From contig OY969938.1 of the NCBI GenBank assembly GCA_963704755.1, forward strand, positions 840,001 to 872,000: a stretch of DNA of 32,000 nucleotides. Direction: 5' to 3'. Of the stretch, positions 16,444 through 24,900 are shown one piece after another. The notes beneath the pieces were generated by a model. The model saw nothing but the letters and a program-made list of their open reading frames with translations, ran no database searches and was not told where the DNA came from. This DNA is from an uncultured Chloroflexia bacterium (GTDB lineage Bacteria > Chloroflexota > Anaerolineae > Anaerolineales > Anaerolineaceae). Position 1 is the first letter of the stretch. Every line of letters begins with the position of its first letter. The position numbers and the translations under genes are program-made.

Positions 16444-17024
16444 TCCTGTTCCTCCAGGTTTTCGGCGTTCATCAGGTAAGAGCCAACCAGGGCCAGCCCC
16501 AGGGTAATCAAAGCCAGCAGGCCTGTCACCAGGACCGAAGTCACCACGGTGGCGTAAACCACCACAAAACCCGACAGGACGGTCAATAAGCCAACGGTGA
16601 TGCGGAACGGCCGGGTGGTCATTCCCAATTGGAGTAACCCCATCCCAACCAGGATCAACCCGGAGAGCAAAACCGGCCGTGGGGCAGGAATCCAGGACAT
16701 TGCTATGGCCCCAGCCGAGGTCATGGCAATGCCCACCAGCAGAGCAGCAAACACGCGAAAAATGTTCCCCGAGAGGTTTACATCCAGAATGCCGATTTCC
16801 TGTTCAGGGGGGTGTGACGACCCCAACACGGCGCCGGACATCCAACCAACCAGCAAATTTACCGCTGCCAGGCCGAAAGTCCAGCTTTGAGTCAACAGCC
16901 AGAATACCGCCAGGTACTGCACCGATAAGGCGATGATCAACCAGCGCCAGGGTAAATTGAGCAGCAGGGCCAGGCTTGTCATTGCACAAATCACCAGGGG
17001 CACATAAGTCAAGGCCTCTTTCAT
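16440..17024 (-). CDS. Small polytopic membrane protein (about 194 aa), middle gene of the antiporter-like trio
   Basis: The start MKEALTYVPLVI at 17024 forms an ATGA overlap with the upstream stop, and its own stop overlaps the next ATG (16443). It has about six hydrophobic helices. The first 137 codons of the track ORF overlap the upstream gene and read as out-of-frame sequence. Confidence 0.65.
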   Translation of the reverse strand: MKEALTYVPLVICAMTSLALLLNLPWRWLIIALSVQYLAVFWLLTQSWTFGLAAVNLLVGWMSGAVLGSSHPPEQEIGILDVNLSGNIFRVFAALLVGIAMTSAGAIAMSWIPAPRPVLLSGLILVGMGLLQLGMTTRPFRITVGLLTVLSGFVVVYATVVTSVLVTGLLALITLGLALVGSYLMNAENLEEQE

Positions 17025-18622
17025 CGAATCAAAGCCCCGCTTCCAAGGAAAGTAAGCAGCAATGCCAGAATCAATAACGACCAGAGTACGCCGCCATTCC
17101 CTTCGAAGACGCCCTCGAACAGCAGCAAGAAGAACTGCACCACCCGGAAAACTCCCGCAAACAGCTTGTATAACCAGCCCAGGCGTAAAAAGTTGTTCAA
17201 GGCGTTGCCCATCCGGCTGACCAGGGTAGCATACCAGGTCATGGACTGGCGTAACGAGCCGATCAAACCGCTTCCACGGGCAAAAAGAAAACCGCTTCCC
17301 GCGGTTAGCAGGAGAATCGCCAGGCCGCCCGGCCACCAGCCAATGCTCAACCCACCCGGCAGGCCCAGAAATGCGATCACCCAGGCCGAGCTGCCCAGCA
17401 CGAACAGGCCCAGCGAGTAAGTCAGGTTGCCCCAATTTTCGATCCCGGCCGGCCTGGGCTCGGGTCGCCAGGCATGGCGGATATACCCAATCGCCAGGAG
17501 GAACAATACCAGGATGAGCACGATCCGCGTACCGGGTTCAGTGGTCGCGATTTGCCAGCCCTGGGCCGCCGGTGTGAAAGGCAAAGCCATGAAACTCAAC
17601 AAGGCCAGCAGCGGGAGGACCAAATATCCCCTTCCGCGCACCGAATACAACCATAACACCCCTCCGGCTGTGGCCAGCAGCAGTCCCCACACCAGCGTAA
17701 CCGCGGACTGGCCTGCCAGGCTGGCCAGCACCGCCAGGCCGGCAAATGCCAGCGACCAATACGACCGGCCGGCCAGCTCATCCCGTGAGGTCAGCCACAA
17801 TAAAGCGGCATAGAAACAGGCCAGAATGGTCAGCGTCATCAGTATGGGACGCCAGGCCGCCGGAGCAGGGTTATTGTTCATGCGCGCCAGCGGGATCAAA
17901 CCGGTCAATTGGATCACGATCAAGGCCGTGCTTGCTGGGCCACGCTGCAAAGGCAGCCGGTGGAAGACCGGCAGGTTTACCGGGAAAAGTCCCATCCGGA
18001 AGGCCACGGCGATCAGGATCAAGAGACCCTCCGTCGGCCCGGCTGTTTCGAACGTCAACGGCGCTCCACTCGAACGAGACAGGGCCAGCGCAGCCAGAAC
18101 AAGGAAAGTGCCGATCAGGCGTGAAGAAAACGACACCACAATTTCCCGGGTATAGCTGGCCTCGATATGGCTGGAAAGCAGGTAAATCAACTCGACCAGG
18201 TCAATGACCATCCAGGCAATGACCAGCGCGATCGGGCTGGTGGCCAACAAGCCCAGCAAGCCAAACCCGGTGAAAGCCAGGTTCGTCGCCCAGGTGACCG
18301 GCGACCCGCCGAATTGAAGCCGGACCGGGGAACTAAAGATCACCGCCAGGTTGAGGCTGGCCAGCGCCATCGCATACGGCCAGGAAATCGCATCCAGGTG
18401 AAAAACGATCTGGTCGGCCAGGGTTTGTTCGAAGGGCCGCCAGGGGGTAATTGCCAGAGTCGGCAGATCCAGCCAATGCAAAGCCAAAACTCCGCCCCAG
18501 GTCAGCAGGGCGGCCAGAAACGCAGCGCCCCAGGCATAACCCACGCCTCTTTTCGCATTGCGGATCAACAGAACCAATAATGATGCGGCGAGAATGAACC
18601 CGACCGGTAAAAGTGTCAACAT
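17021..18622 (-). CDS. Large polytopic membrane protein, degenerate antiporter-like (NuoL/M/N-type) fold
   Basis: 533-aa ORF that is hydrophobic throughout. The segment NLAFTGFGLLGLLATSPIALVIAWMVIDLVELIYLL parallels the LF.GWE..G..SYLLI region of Proton_antipo_M proteins without the GWE motif. It starts 7 nt after the hydantoinase stop. Confidence 0.6.
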   Translation of the reverse strand: MLTLLPVGFILAASLLVLLIRNAKRGVGYAWGAAFLAALLTWGGVLALHWLDLPTLAITPWRPFEQTLADQIVFHLDAISWPYAMALASLNLAVIFSSPVRLQFGGSPVTWATNLAFTGFGLLGLLATSPIALVIAWMVIDLVELIYLLSSHIEASYTREIVVSFSSRLIGTFLVLAALALSRSSGAPLTFETAGPTEGLLILIAVAFRMGLFPVNLPVFHRLPLQRGPASTALIVIQLTGLIPLARMNNNPAPAAWRPILMTLTILACFYAALLWLTSRDELAGRSYWSLAFAGLAVLASLAGQSAVTLVWGLLLATAGGVLWLYSVRGRGYLVLPLLALLSFMALPFTPAAQGWQIATTEPGTRIVLILVLFLLAIGYIRHAWRPEPRPAGIENWGNLTYSLGLFVLGSSAWVIAFLGLPGGLSIGWWPGGLAILLLTAGSGFLFARGSGLIGSLRQSMTWYATLVSRMGNALNNFLRLGWLYKLFAGVFRVVQFFLLLFEGVFEGNGGVLWSLLILALLLTFLGSGALIR

Positions 18623-18629
18623 TGGTAGT

Positions 18630-20051
18630 TTAGAGTACGGGAGAATAGGGGTGGCGTTTAATAAACTGGCCCATTCCTGCCTTGCCGTTCCATTTTTCTC
18701 CGTCCACTATTAATTTCCCGCGCAAGAAAACTTTTTGCGGATAGCCGCTCAGTTCCCAGCCCTCGTAAAGGTTGTAATCGGTGCGCTGCTGGGAGTGAGC
18801 CACGCCATACTTGACTTTAGCCGCCGGATCCCACAGTACAATGTCCGCATCGGCGCCAGGGGTCAGACTGCCCTTGCGCGGATACATGCCAAAAATCTTG
18901 GCCGGGTTAGTGCTGGTCAAGGCCACGAACTGGTTGGCCGTGATCTTTCCCTGAACAACACCTGTCGTCCAGAATACCGGCAGGCGGTCGCCCACCCCGG
19001 GTAAACCGTTTGGTATTTTGGTGAAATCATCGCGGCCTAGCTCTTTGCCCGGGATGGCCACCGGTTTACCTTCATACAGGATCGGTTTGGTCCCATCGAA
19101 ATAAAACGCGCAGTGATCGGTTCCCAGCGTTTGCAGAATCCCCTGCTGCAAACCCTCCCACAGTCGAGCGTTATCCGCCGCCGAGCGCATGGGAGGTGAG
19201 CAGACCCACTTGGCGCCATCCGGCCGGCGTAAGTCGTCCACCGAGAAGAACAGGTATTGCGGGCAGGTCTCACCCATGACCGGGACGCCGCGAGAACGGG
19301 CATAAGCCAACTGGTCCACGCCCCCGGCCGTGTTCATGTGGACGATGTATAACGGCGCCTCGGCGATTGCCGCCAAAGCCGAGCCACGCAAAACTGCCTC
19401 GACCGCCGTCCAGGACGGGCGGGTCAGTGCGTGCCATTCCGGAGAGGTATGGCCGGCCGCTAACGCTTCAGCGATGAGCATCTCGATGACGTCACCATTT
19501 TCAGCGTGGAGCATGGCCAGCATGCCATGTTCTTTGGCTATACGCAAAACTCGCAGCATATTGTCGTCCGATAGGCGCAGGCGATCGTTGTAGGCCGAAA
19601 ACATCTTCAGGGTGGTGATCCCTTCTTCGACCAGGTGAGGAATCTCCTCTTCGACTCGCTTGTCCAACCGGCTGATGTTTATATGGAAGCTAAAATCGAT
19701 GGCCGCTTTCGGGTCCGCCTTGGCCCGCCAGAGCTGCACACTCTCGGCCAGCGTGGGGGCGTCAAAGGGTACGAAATCGATCACCATGGTGGTTCCACCG
19801 AAGGCTGCGGCTTTATGGCCGGTATAATGATCGTCCGAAGATACCGTAGCGCCCATGGGGAGATCGAAATGAGTATGCACGTCAATCCCGCCGGGGAGCA
19901 CCATCAACCCGCTCGCGTCGATGACCTCCGTAGATTCTCCCGGCACCAGGCCGGTACCTATCTGGACAATCTGCTCACCTTCAACCAATATGTCCGCTTT
20001 ATAGGTCTCTGCAGCCGTGACCAATTCACCATTTTTAATTAATAGGGTCAT
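18630..20051 (-). CDS. Dihydropyrimidinase / D-hydantoinase (cyclic amidohydrolase)
   Basis: The ORF contains GGIDVHTHFDLP (HxH), the carboxylated-Lys region GITTLKMFSAY, and HAENGD. I set the start at MTLLIKNGELV (20051) because GGGAGG lies 5 nt upstream. Confidence 0.88.
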   Translation of the reverse strand: MTLLIKNGELVTAAETYKADILVEGEQIVQIGTGLVPGESTEVIDASGLMVLPGGIDVHTHFDLPMGATVSSDDHYTGHKAAAFGGTTMVIDFVPFDAPTLAESVQLWRAKADPKAAIDFSFHINISRLDKRVEEEIPHLVEEGITTLKMFSAYNDRLRLSDDNMLRVLRIAKEHGMLAMLHAENGDVIEMLIAEALAAGHTSPEWHALTRPSWTAVEAVLRGSALAAIAEAPLYIVHMNTAGGVDQLAYARSRGVPVMGETCPQYLFFSVDDLRRPDGAKWVCSPPMRSAADNARLWEGLQQGILQTLGTDHCAFYFDGTKPILYEGKPVAIPGKELGRDDFTKIPNGLPGVGDRLPVFWTTGVVQGKITANQFVALTSTNPAKIFGMYPRKGSLTPGADADIVLWDPAAKVKYGVAHSQQRTDYNLYEGWELSGYPQKVFLRGKLIVDGEKWNGKAGMGQFIKRHPYSPVL

Positions 20052-20080
20052 TTTTGCCTCCCGCTCCAATGTAAACGGAT

Positions 20081-20650
20081 CTATGTTTCCTTGATTTTAC
20101 TCATCTCGCCTAACATTGCCAGGATGATTGGATCCAGGTCCAGCACCTGCTCAGGTAAATCTTCGCTGGCATACGCGCCGGTATTCAGTGCCCGGTCACG
20201 CAAGGTCTGCCATAAAACCGCTCGCGATTCATCGCGCACGACCAGGTCATTGACTGCGGCGGCCTGGCGAAGCAGCTCGCCGGTCGAATATAGAAATGTT
20301 ACTCGCCGCCAGGCATTCGCCTGGATCGGGTGCGGCAGCGCTGTGAGCGGACCTATTTGGATCTTGTAATATTCTTCGTTGGCACGCGGATGGTCAGGCT
20401 CATCACGCAATAGTTCTGCCCGGGTAGTCAGCTCATGACCCCGCACCGGAGCGATGTAATGAATCTTCCAGCGCTCTTCTTCGCCAAAATTAGCCGTTTG
20501 ATAAAAAGCCAGATAATCCACATCGACCACTTTTGGCGCGCGCCGGAACGGGATGCGGTACCAACCCAGCACCCGCGCAATCTCCAGGTCCCGCGGCGTG
20601 GTCATCACGGCGATCAAAATCAGGGCAGTATCGGGCGGATAAGCCGGCAT
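20081..20650 (-). CDS. Hypothetical protein
   Basis: 189-aa ORF with coding-like composition and no family I can name. It has a notable LGWYRIPFRRAPK...VDYLAFYQ segment. It ends 29 nt before the hydantoinase start. Confidence 0.55.
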   Translation of the reverse strand: MPAYPPDTALILIAVMTTPRDLEIARVLGWYRIPFRRAPKVVDVDYLAFYQTANFGEEERWKIHYIAPVRGHELTTRAELLRDEPDHPRANEEYYKIQIGPLTALPHPIQANAWRRVTFLYSTGELLRQAAAVNDLVVRDESRAVLWQTLRDRALNTGAYASEDLPEQVLDLDPIILAMLGEMSKIKET

Positions 20651-20706
20651 CGGTGCGTACCTCCTGGCATGAACTTATCCCATTATAGCCTAAGTGCATT
20701 CTAACC

Positions 20707-20858
20707 ATGGTTTAGTATCTATCCGAAAATTGCTTTGGGTGTTTATTTTGGGTGGCTTTGCCGCCCAAAATAAACACCCAAATATATTTTTCGGATAGGC
20801 TCTTAGTATGTTTCTATTTGCACGGCAAAGCCGTGCAAATAGAAACATACTAAACCAT
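20707..20858. repeat. Palindromic element with a 29-bp stem once reconstructed, interrupted in its left arm
   Basis: The left arm is atggtttagtat (20707-20718) plus gtttctatttgcacggc (20810-26). The loop is AAA. The right arm is gccgtgcaaatagaaacatactaaaccat (20830-58). The joined left arm is the exact reverse complement of the right arm. Confidence 0.75.
20719..20801. mobile_element. 83-bp MITE-like hairpin element inserted into the arm of another palindrome
   Basis: Terminal inverted repeats are CTATCCGAAAA and TTTTCGGATAG. The central hairpin is ttgggtgtttattttgggtggc TTT gccgcccaaaataaacacccaa. Flanks are TTTAGTAT (20711-18) and CTTAGTAT (20802-09). Confidence 0.7.
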
Positions 20859-20877
20859 TATGAACCTATCCACTAGA

Positions 20878-20921
20878 AAGTTGTGGCGGCAAAGTACAAG
20901 TACTTTGCCGCCTGGCAACTT
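20878..20921. repeat. Third hairpin of the cluster downstream of the PLP-enzyme gene
   Basis: aagttg t GGCGGCAAAGTAC aa GTACTTTGCCGCC tgg caactt. It shares the 10-mer ctttgccgcc with the inserted element. Confidence 0.6.
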
Positions 20922-20977
20922 CTCCATCCGCTGTGGCGCTTCCGCCGTGCGCGGGATATATCGATTTCGGGCCGGAA

Positions 20978-22445
20978 TTAGTTCAGGCCGGTCTTCTGGT
21001 TGAAATCCTCGATTAAAGCATCGATCTCACCGATTTGACCCTGAACGTCGGTCCAGTAGTTGGGGTCGTACCACTGTTCATTGATTTCGTCGTACGTCTT
21101 GCCCTGCTGCTCGACCCAGGTATAGTACTTCAGGTTGTGGATGCGCTTGCGATCCTCGTAGGAAAGCTCCAACAGGTTGTCGGTGGATTTCGCCATGCAG
21201 ATCGGCGGCATAGGTCTCGGCCGCATCCGTGATATCGAAATCGCCCATATCGCGCTGATATTCCAGAACGCGGCTGGAATACAGATCCATCGAATCGGTC
21301 AGCACGAACATCATCACATCGTTTTCGTCCATTTCATAGTACTTGGCAGCTTTGATGGCCGAAAGCATGTTGGCGATGCCGGAGAAACCTAACAGGTTCA
21401 GTTTGGAAACGAAATCAGCCGGGACGCCCTTCTTGACCAGGTATTCCCGTCCGGCGGGCTCGTTGAACAGGCGCATGATGTTCACGACTGAAAGATCGTC
21501 GATGGCCACGACCATGTCGGTGTTCTTTACATTGTGAATCCAGGGCACGTGCTTGTCGCCGATACCTTCGATGCGGTGGGCGCCAAAGCCGTTCGCCAGC
21601 AGAGTTGGGCATTGCAGCGCTTCACTGGCCACGATCTTGCTGGTGGGGAAAACCTGTTTAAGGTAATCGCCGCAGGCAATCGTACCGGCTGAACCGGTGG
21701 TCAAAGCCACACCACGGAAACGACCCTTCGGGCCTAATTCTTTTTCGAGAACCTCTGCCATGGCATTGCCGGTGACCGAGTAGTGCCACAGGTAATTCCC
21801 GAATTCCTCGAACTGGTTGAAGATCATCAGGTCTTCGCCGGATTTCCGCAACTCCCAGCATTTGTCGAAGATCTCTTTGACATTGGATTCGGTTCCGGGG
21901 GTCGCGATCACTTCGCCGGCAATTTTGGATAGCCAGTCGAAACGCTCTTTGCTCATCCCTTCCGGCAGAATGGCGATGGATTTGCAGCCGAGCAGGGCCG
22001 AATCGTAGGCGCCGCCGCGGCAGTAGTTCCCGGTGGAAGGCCAGACCGCTTTTTGGGTGGTGGGATCGAACTGACCGGTGACCAGGCGCGGTACCAGGCA
22101 GCCAAAGGCTGCGCCGACTTTATGCGCGCCGGTGGGGAACCATTTGCCTACCAGGGCAATCAAGCGGGCCGGTACACCCGTCAGGCTGGAGGGGAATTCG
22201 ATGTAATTCACTCCACCATAGGTACCGCCGGTTGGGACGGGCTGATTATGCCAGGAAATGCGGAACAGGTTGCGCGGATGAACGTCCCATAACCCGATCC
22301 CGCCCAACTCTTCCTTGACTTTGGCCGGAATCAATGCCGGGTTTTTCATTTGAGCAAATGTAGGGATAAAAATATTGCGTTCCTTCGCCCGTTGAACTGT
22401 CCGTTGTTGCCTTGCGGCCTGTACTGATAAATCGATTTTCGCCAT
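20978..22445 (-). pseudogene. PLP-dependent enzyme of the tryptophan-synthase-beta / cysteine-synthase fold (about 488 aa), split by a 1-nt insertion (frameshift or assembly error)
   Basis: Track ORFs 21078-22445 and 20978-21226 join as ...DITDAAETYAADLHGE / STDNLLELSYEDRKRIHNLKYYTWVEQQGK.... The PLP-lysine context FPTGAHKVGAAF resembles the TrpB HTGAHK motif. GGAGA lies 7 nt before the ATG, 12 nt after the GT2 stop. Confidence 0.7.
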
Positions 22446-22457
22446 TTAAGTCTCCTG

Positions 22458-23408
22458 TCAGTCTTGATCTTTATTGTCGAAATCATCGGGTTGTTGCGCG
22501 ACGATGTACAAAGGTCTCCCTTTGGCCTCGTCGTAAATGCGCCCGATGTACTCACCCAGGATGCCCAGGCTGATCAATTGAACGCCGCCGAAGAATAAAA
22601 CGGCGATCAATGTGGTTGCCTGGCCAAAAAATGCTTCGTGGTTGATCGACCGTAACACGATCACCACGGGGATGGCTACCACCGAAACGGCAGCCGAGAT
22701 AAAGCCGATATACGTCGCCAACTGGAGCGGGAAATAAGAAAATCCGGTGATGGCGGTAATGGCCAGCCTGAACATCTTTCGCAAAGGGTATTTGGTCTCA
22801 CCGGCAAAACGGGCTGCCCGCTTGTATTTCACACCAATTTGCTTGAACCCTACCCAGGCCGACATGCCCCGCAAGAACCGGTTATGCTCATGCATCCGGT
22901 TCATTACGTCCACGACCTTGCGGTCCATCAGGCGGAAATCCCCGGTATCCATGGGAATATCCACATCGGTGATCCGGTATATGATCCGGTAGAACATGGA
23001 CGCGGTGAACTTTTTGAAGAAAGATTCGCCTTCGCGTTCGGCCCGTACAGCGTACACCACCTGGTAACCCTCGCGCCATTTAGCGATCAGCTCGAGAATG
23101 ACCTCGGGCGGGTCCTGGAGATCCGCGTCGATAACCACCACCGCCTGCCCGCGGCAATAATCCAGGCCGGCCGTGACGGCGATCTGGTGACCAAAGTTAC
23201 GGGCAAACATCACCGGGCGGACACGTTTATCTTGCTGCGCCAGTTCTCGCACGATGTCCGCAGTTTCATCCGTCGAGCCATCGTTCACCAGGACCAGTTC
23301 CCACGGCTCGTTGGTTTGTTCCATCACCTCACTGACGCGAGTATACAGCTCGCGCACACAGCAGGCTTCATTGAAAAGAGGTGCAATTATCGAAAAAGTT
23401 GGTTTCAT
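22458..23408 (-). CDS. Family 2 glycosyltransferase, polyprenol-phosphate sugar transferase type (GtrB/DPM1-like)
   Basis: 316-aa ORF with [26 protein letters not shown] (DxD) and two C-terminal TM helices. Confidence 0.85.
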   Translation of the reverse strand: MKPTFSIIAPLFNEACCVRELYTRVSEVMEQTNEPWELVLVNDGSTDETADIVRELAQQDKRVRPVMFARNFGHQIAVTAGLDYCRGQAVVVIDADLQDPPEVILELIAKWREGYQVVYAVRAEREGESFFKKFTASMFYRIIYRITDVDIPMDTGDFRLMDRKVVDVMNRMHEHNRFLRGMSAWVGFKQIGVKYKRAARFAGETKYPLRKMFRLAITAITGFSYFPLQLATYIGFISAAVSVVAIPVVIVLRSINHEAFFGQATTLIAVLFFGGVQLISLGILGEYIGRIYDEAKGRPLYIVAQQPDDFDNKDQD

Positions 23409-23461
23409 GTGATTTCCCGAGCTTGCAAAAAAGTTTTCGGCTCTTCCGTATCTGGCGGGTG

Positions 23462-23525
23462 GTACTCCCAGATTTAGGGTGTGTGGGCGGGCGACGCCCG
23501 TCTACACACCCTAAATCTGGGTATC
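23462..23525. repeat. Long hairpin element downstream of thrC (probable terminator)
   Basis: gtac[tc]ccagatttagggtgtgt ggg cgggc gac gcccg tct acacaccctaaatctgg gtatc. It has 18 perfect outer pairs. Its termini resemble the GTA.CT.CCCAG repeat of the 112-bp family. A second 8-bp stem lies at 23527-23543. Confidence 0.6.
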
Positions 23526-23571
23526 TTCCCGTTTAAAACGGGAGGCCCAAGATTTCCTTACGCTCAGAAAA

Positions 23572-24819
23572 TTATAAGCCAAGCTGCTTTTTTAAGGCAG
23601 CCATGCTCGGTTCGATCACCGGTGCTGCCTGGACGGCTTGCATGGCCGCCTTTACATCCTTCAACCCGTTGCCGGTATTGACCACTACCACCGGGTCATC
23701 GCTGGTGATCTTTCCGGTCGCAATGGCCTTCTTCAGGCCGGCGAAACTGGTCGCCCCGGCCGGTTCGGTAAAGATGCCGTAGGGGCCTAACTGGCCAATC
23801 GCTTCCAGAATTTCCTGGTCCGAGACCGTCAGGTAATCGCCGCCGGTTTCACGGGCGGCCCGTACTGCCCGGACGCCATCCCGCGGCAGGTCCACCGAAA
23901 TGCTGTCGGCAATCGTATCGGCGTGAACCGGTTCGATAATTTCGGTTCCCTTGGCAAACGCGTTCGCGATCGCGGCCGAATTTTCGGCCTGGATGCCAAA
24001 GATGCGCGGCATTTCTTCCAGCCAACCCAGGGCGTGCAGGTCTTTGAAGCCCTTGTGCAGGCCCGAAATGATGTTGCCATCCCCCACCGAGACGAAGATC
24101 GCCGGCGGTGAGTAGATCCGCCGCAAGTTGCGGATGACCGTCTCCCAGATCTCGAACGCGGCGGTCTTTTTGCCCTCCACGGTAAAGGGGTTGTAGCCGG
24201 TATTGCGGCAGTACCAGCCAAACTCTCGCGAAGCCTCGATGCTCAGGTCGAAAGCTGAGTTGTAATTACCATCCACCAGAATCACCTGGGCGCCAAAGAC
24301 CAGCAACTGGGCCACTTTGGCCGCCGGAGCGGTCTTGGGAGCGAAAATAACCGCTTTCATCCCAATCGCAGCCGCCATACCGGCCAGGGCAGCCCCGGCA
24401 TTGCCGGTCGAGGCGGTGACCACCACATCCGCGTGGATTTGCAGCGCACGGGCGACCACTACCGCCGAAGCCCGGTCCTTGAAGGAAGCAGTCGGGTTGC
24501 GCCCATCATCTTTGATCCACAAATTCGCCAGACCTAACTTTTCGGCCAGGCGGGTGGGGTAGTAGGTGGGCGTCCAGCCAACCGAGCGCAGCGGCGTGCC
24601 TTCGCCATCGGGGTCCTGGACGGGCAGAAGCGGGAGATAACGCCAGATTGAGTTATCCGAGCGGGTGGTAATGTCACTGGCTTCGAACTTTTGGCGAATC
24701 CCGCCATAATCCAGGATCACATCCAGGTTGCCGCCATCTTTCGGGCAGGTATAGGTCACCTCACCCGGCGCATATTCGGTCTGGCACAAAGAACATCGAT
24801 AGCCCAAAAAATTATTCAT
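23572..24819 (-). CDS. thrC: Threonine synthase-like PLP enzyme with an N-terminal Cys4 zinc ribbon
   Basis: 415-aa ORF with YRCSLC...YTCPKDG, the PLP lysine motif NPTASFKDRAS, and ASTGNAGAA. Confidence 0.7.
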   Translation of the reverse strand: MNNFLGYRCSLCQTEYAPGEVTYTCPKDGGNLDVILDYGGIRQKFEASDITTRSDNSIWRYLPLLPVQDPDGEGTPLRSVGWTPTYYPTRLAEKLGLANLWIKDDGRNPTASFKDRASAVVVARALQIHADVVVTASTGNAGAALAGMAAAIGMKAVIFAPKTAPAAKVAQLLVFGAQVILVDGNYNSAFDLSIEASREFGWYCRNTGYNPFTVEGKKTAAFEIWETVIRNLRRIYSPPAIFVSVGDGNIISGLHKGFKDLHALGWLEEMPRIFGIQAENSAAIANAFAKGTEIIEPVHADTIADSISVDLPRDGVRAVRAARETGGDYLTVSDQEILEAIGQLGPYGIFTEPAGATSFAGLKKAIATGKITSDDPVVVVNTGNGLKDVKAAMQAVQAAPVIEPSMAALKKQLGL

Positions 24820-24900
24820 TCACAGTCCTTTTTAGTGGTAATAAGATGAAACAGGTACGGGAACCGCTTACCAATAATTAGAAATTCACCCAGGTGCACC

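Noticed and set aside
17025-17435. A 137-codon N-terminal extension of track ORF 16440-17435.
   Set aside because: It overlaps the 3' end of the 533-aa membrane gene in another frame and reads as an Arg/Gly/Pro-rich non-protein sequence. An ATG at 17024 forms an ATGA coupling with the upstream stop.
17427-18580. Plus-strand ORFs antisense to the 533-aa membrane gene (17427-17813, 17746-18207, 18167-18580 and others).
   Set aside because: Their products are Arg/Pro/Gly/Gln-rich, and they lie opposite a continuous hydrophobic ORF that is translationally coupled to its neighbours.
781-23525. The idea that the repeated palindromes are a CRISPR array or its remnants.
   Set aside because: The copies are kilobases apart in separate intergenic regions. 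They have no regular repeat-spacer periodicity and are much longer than CRISPR repeats, and no cas genes are present.
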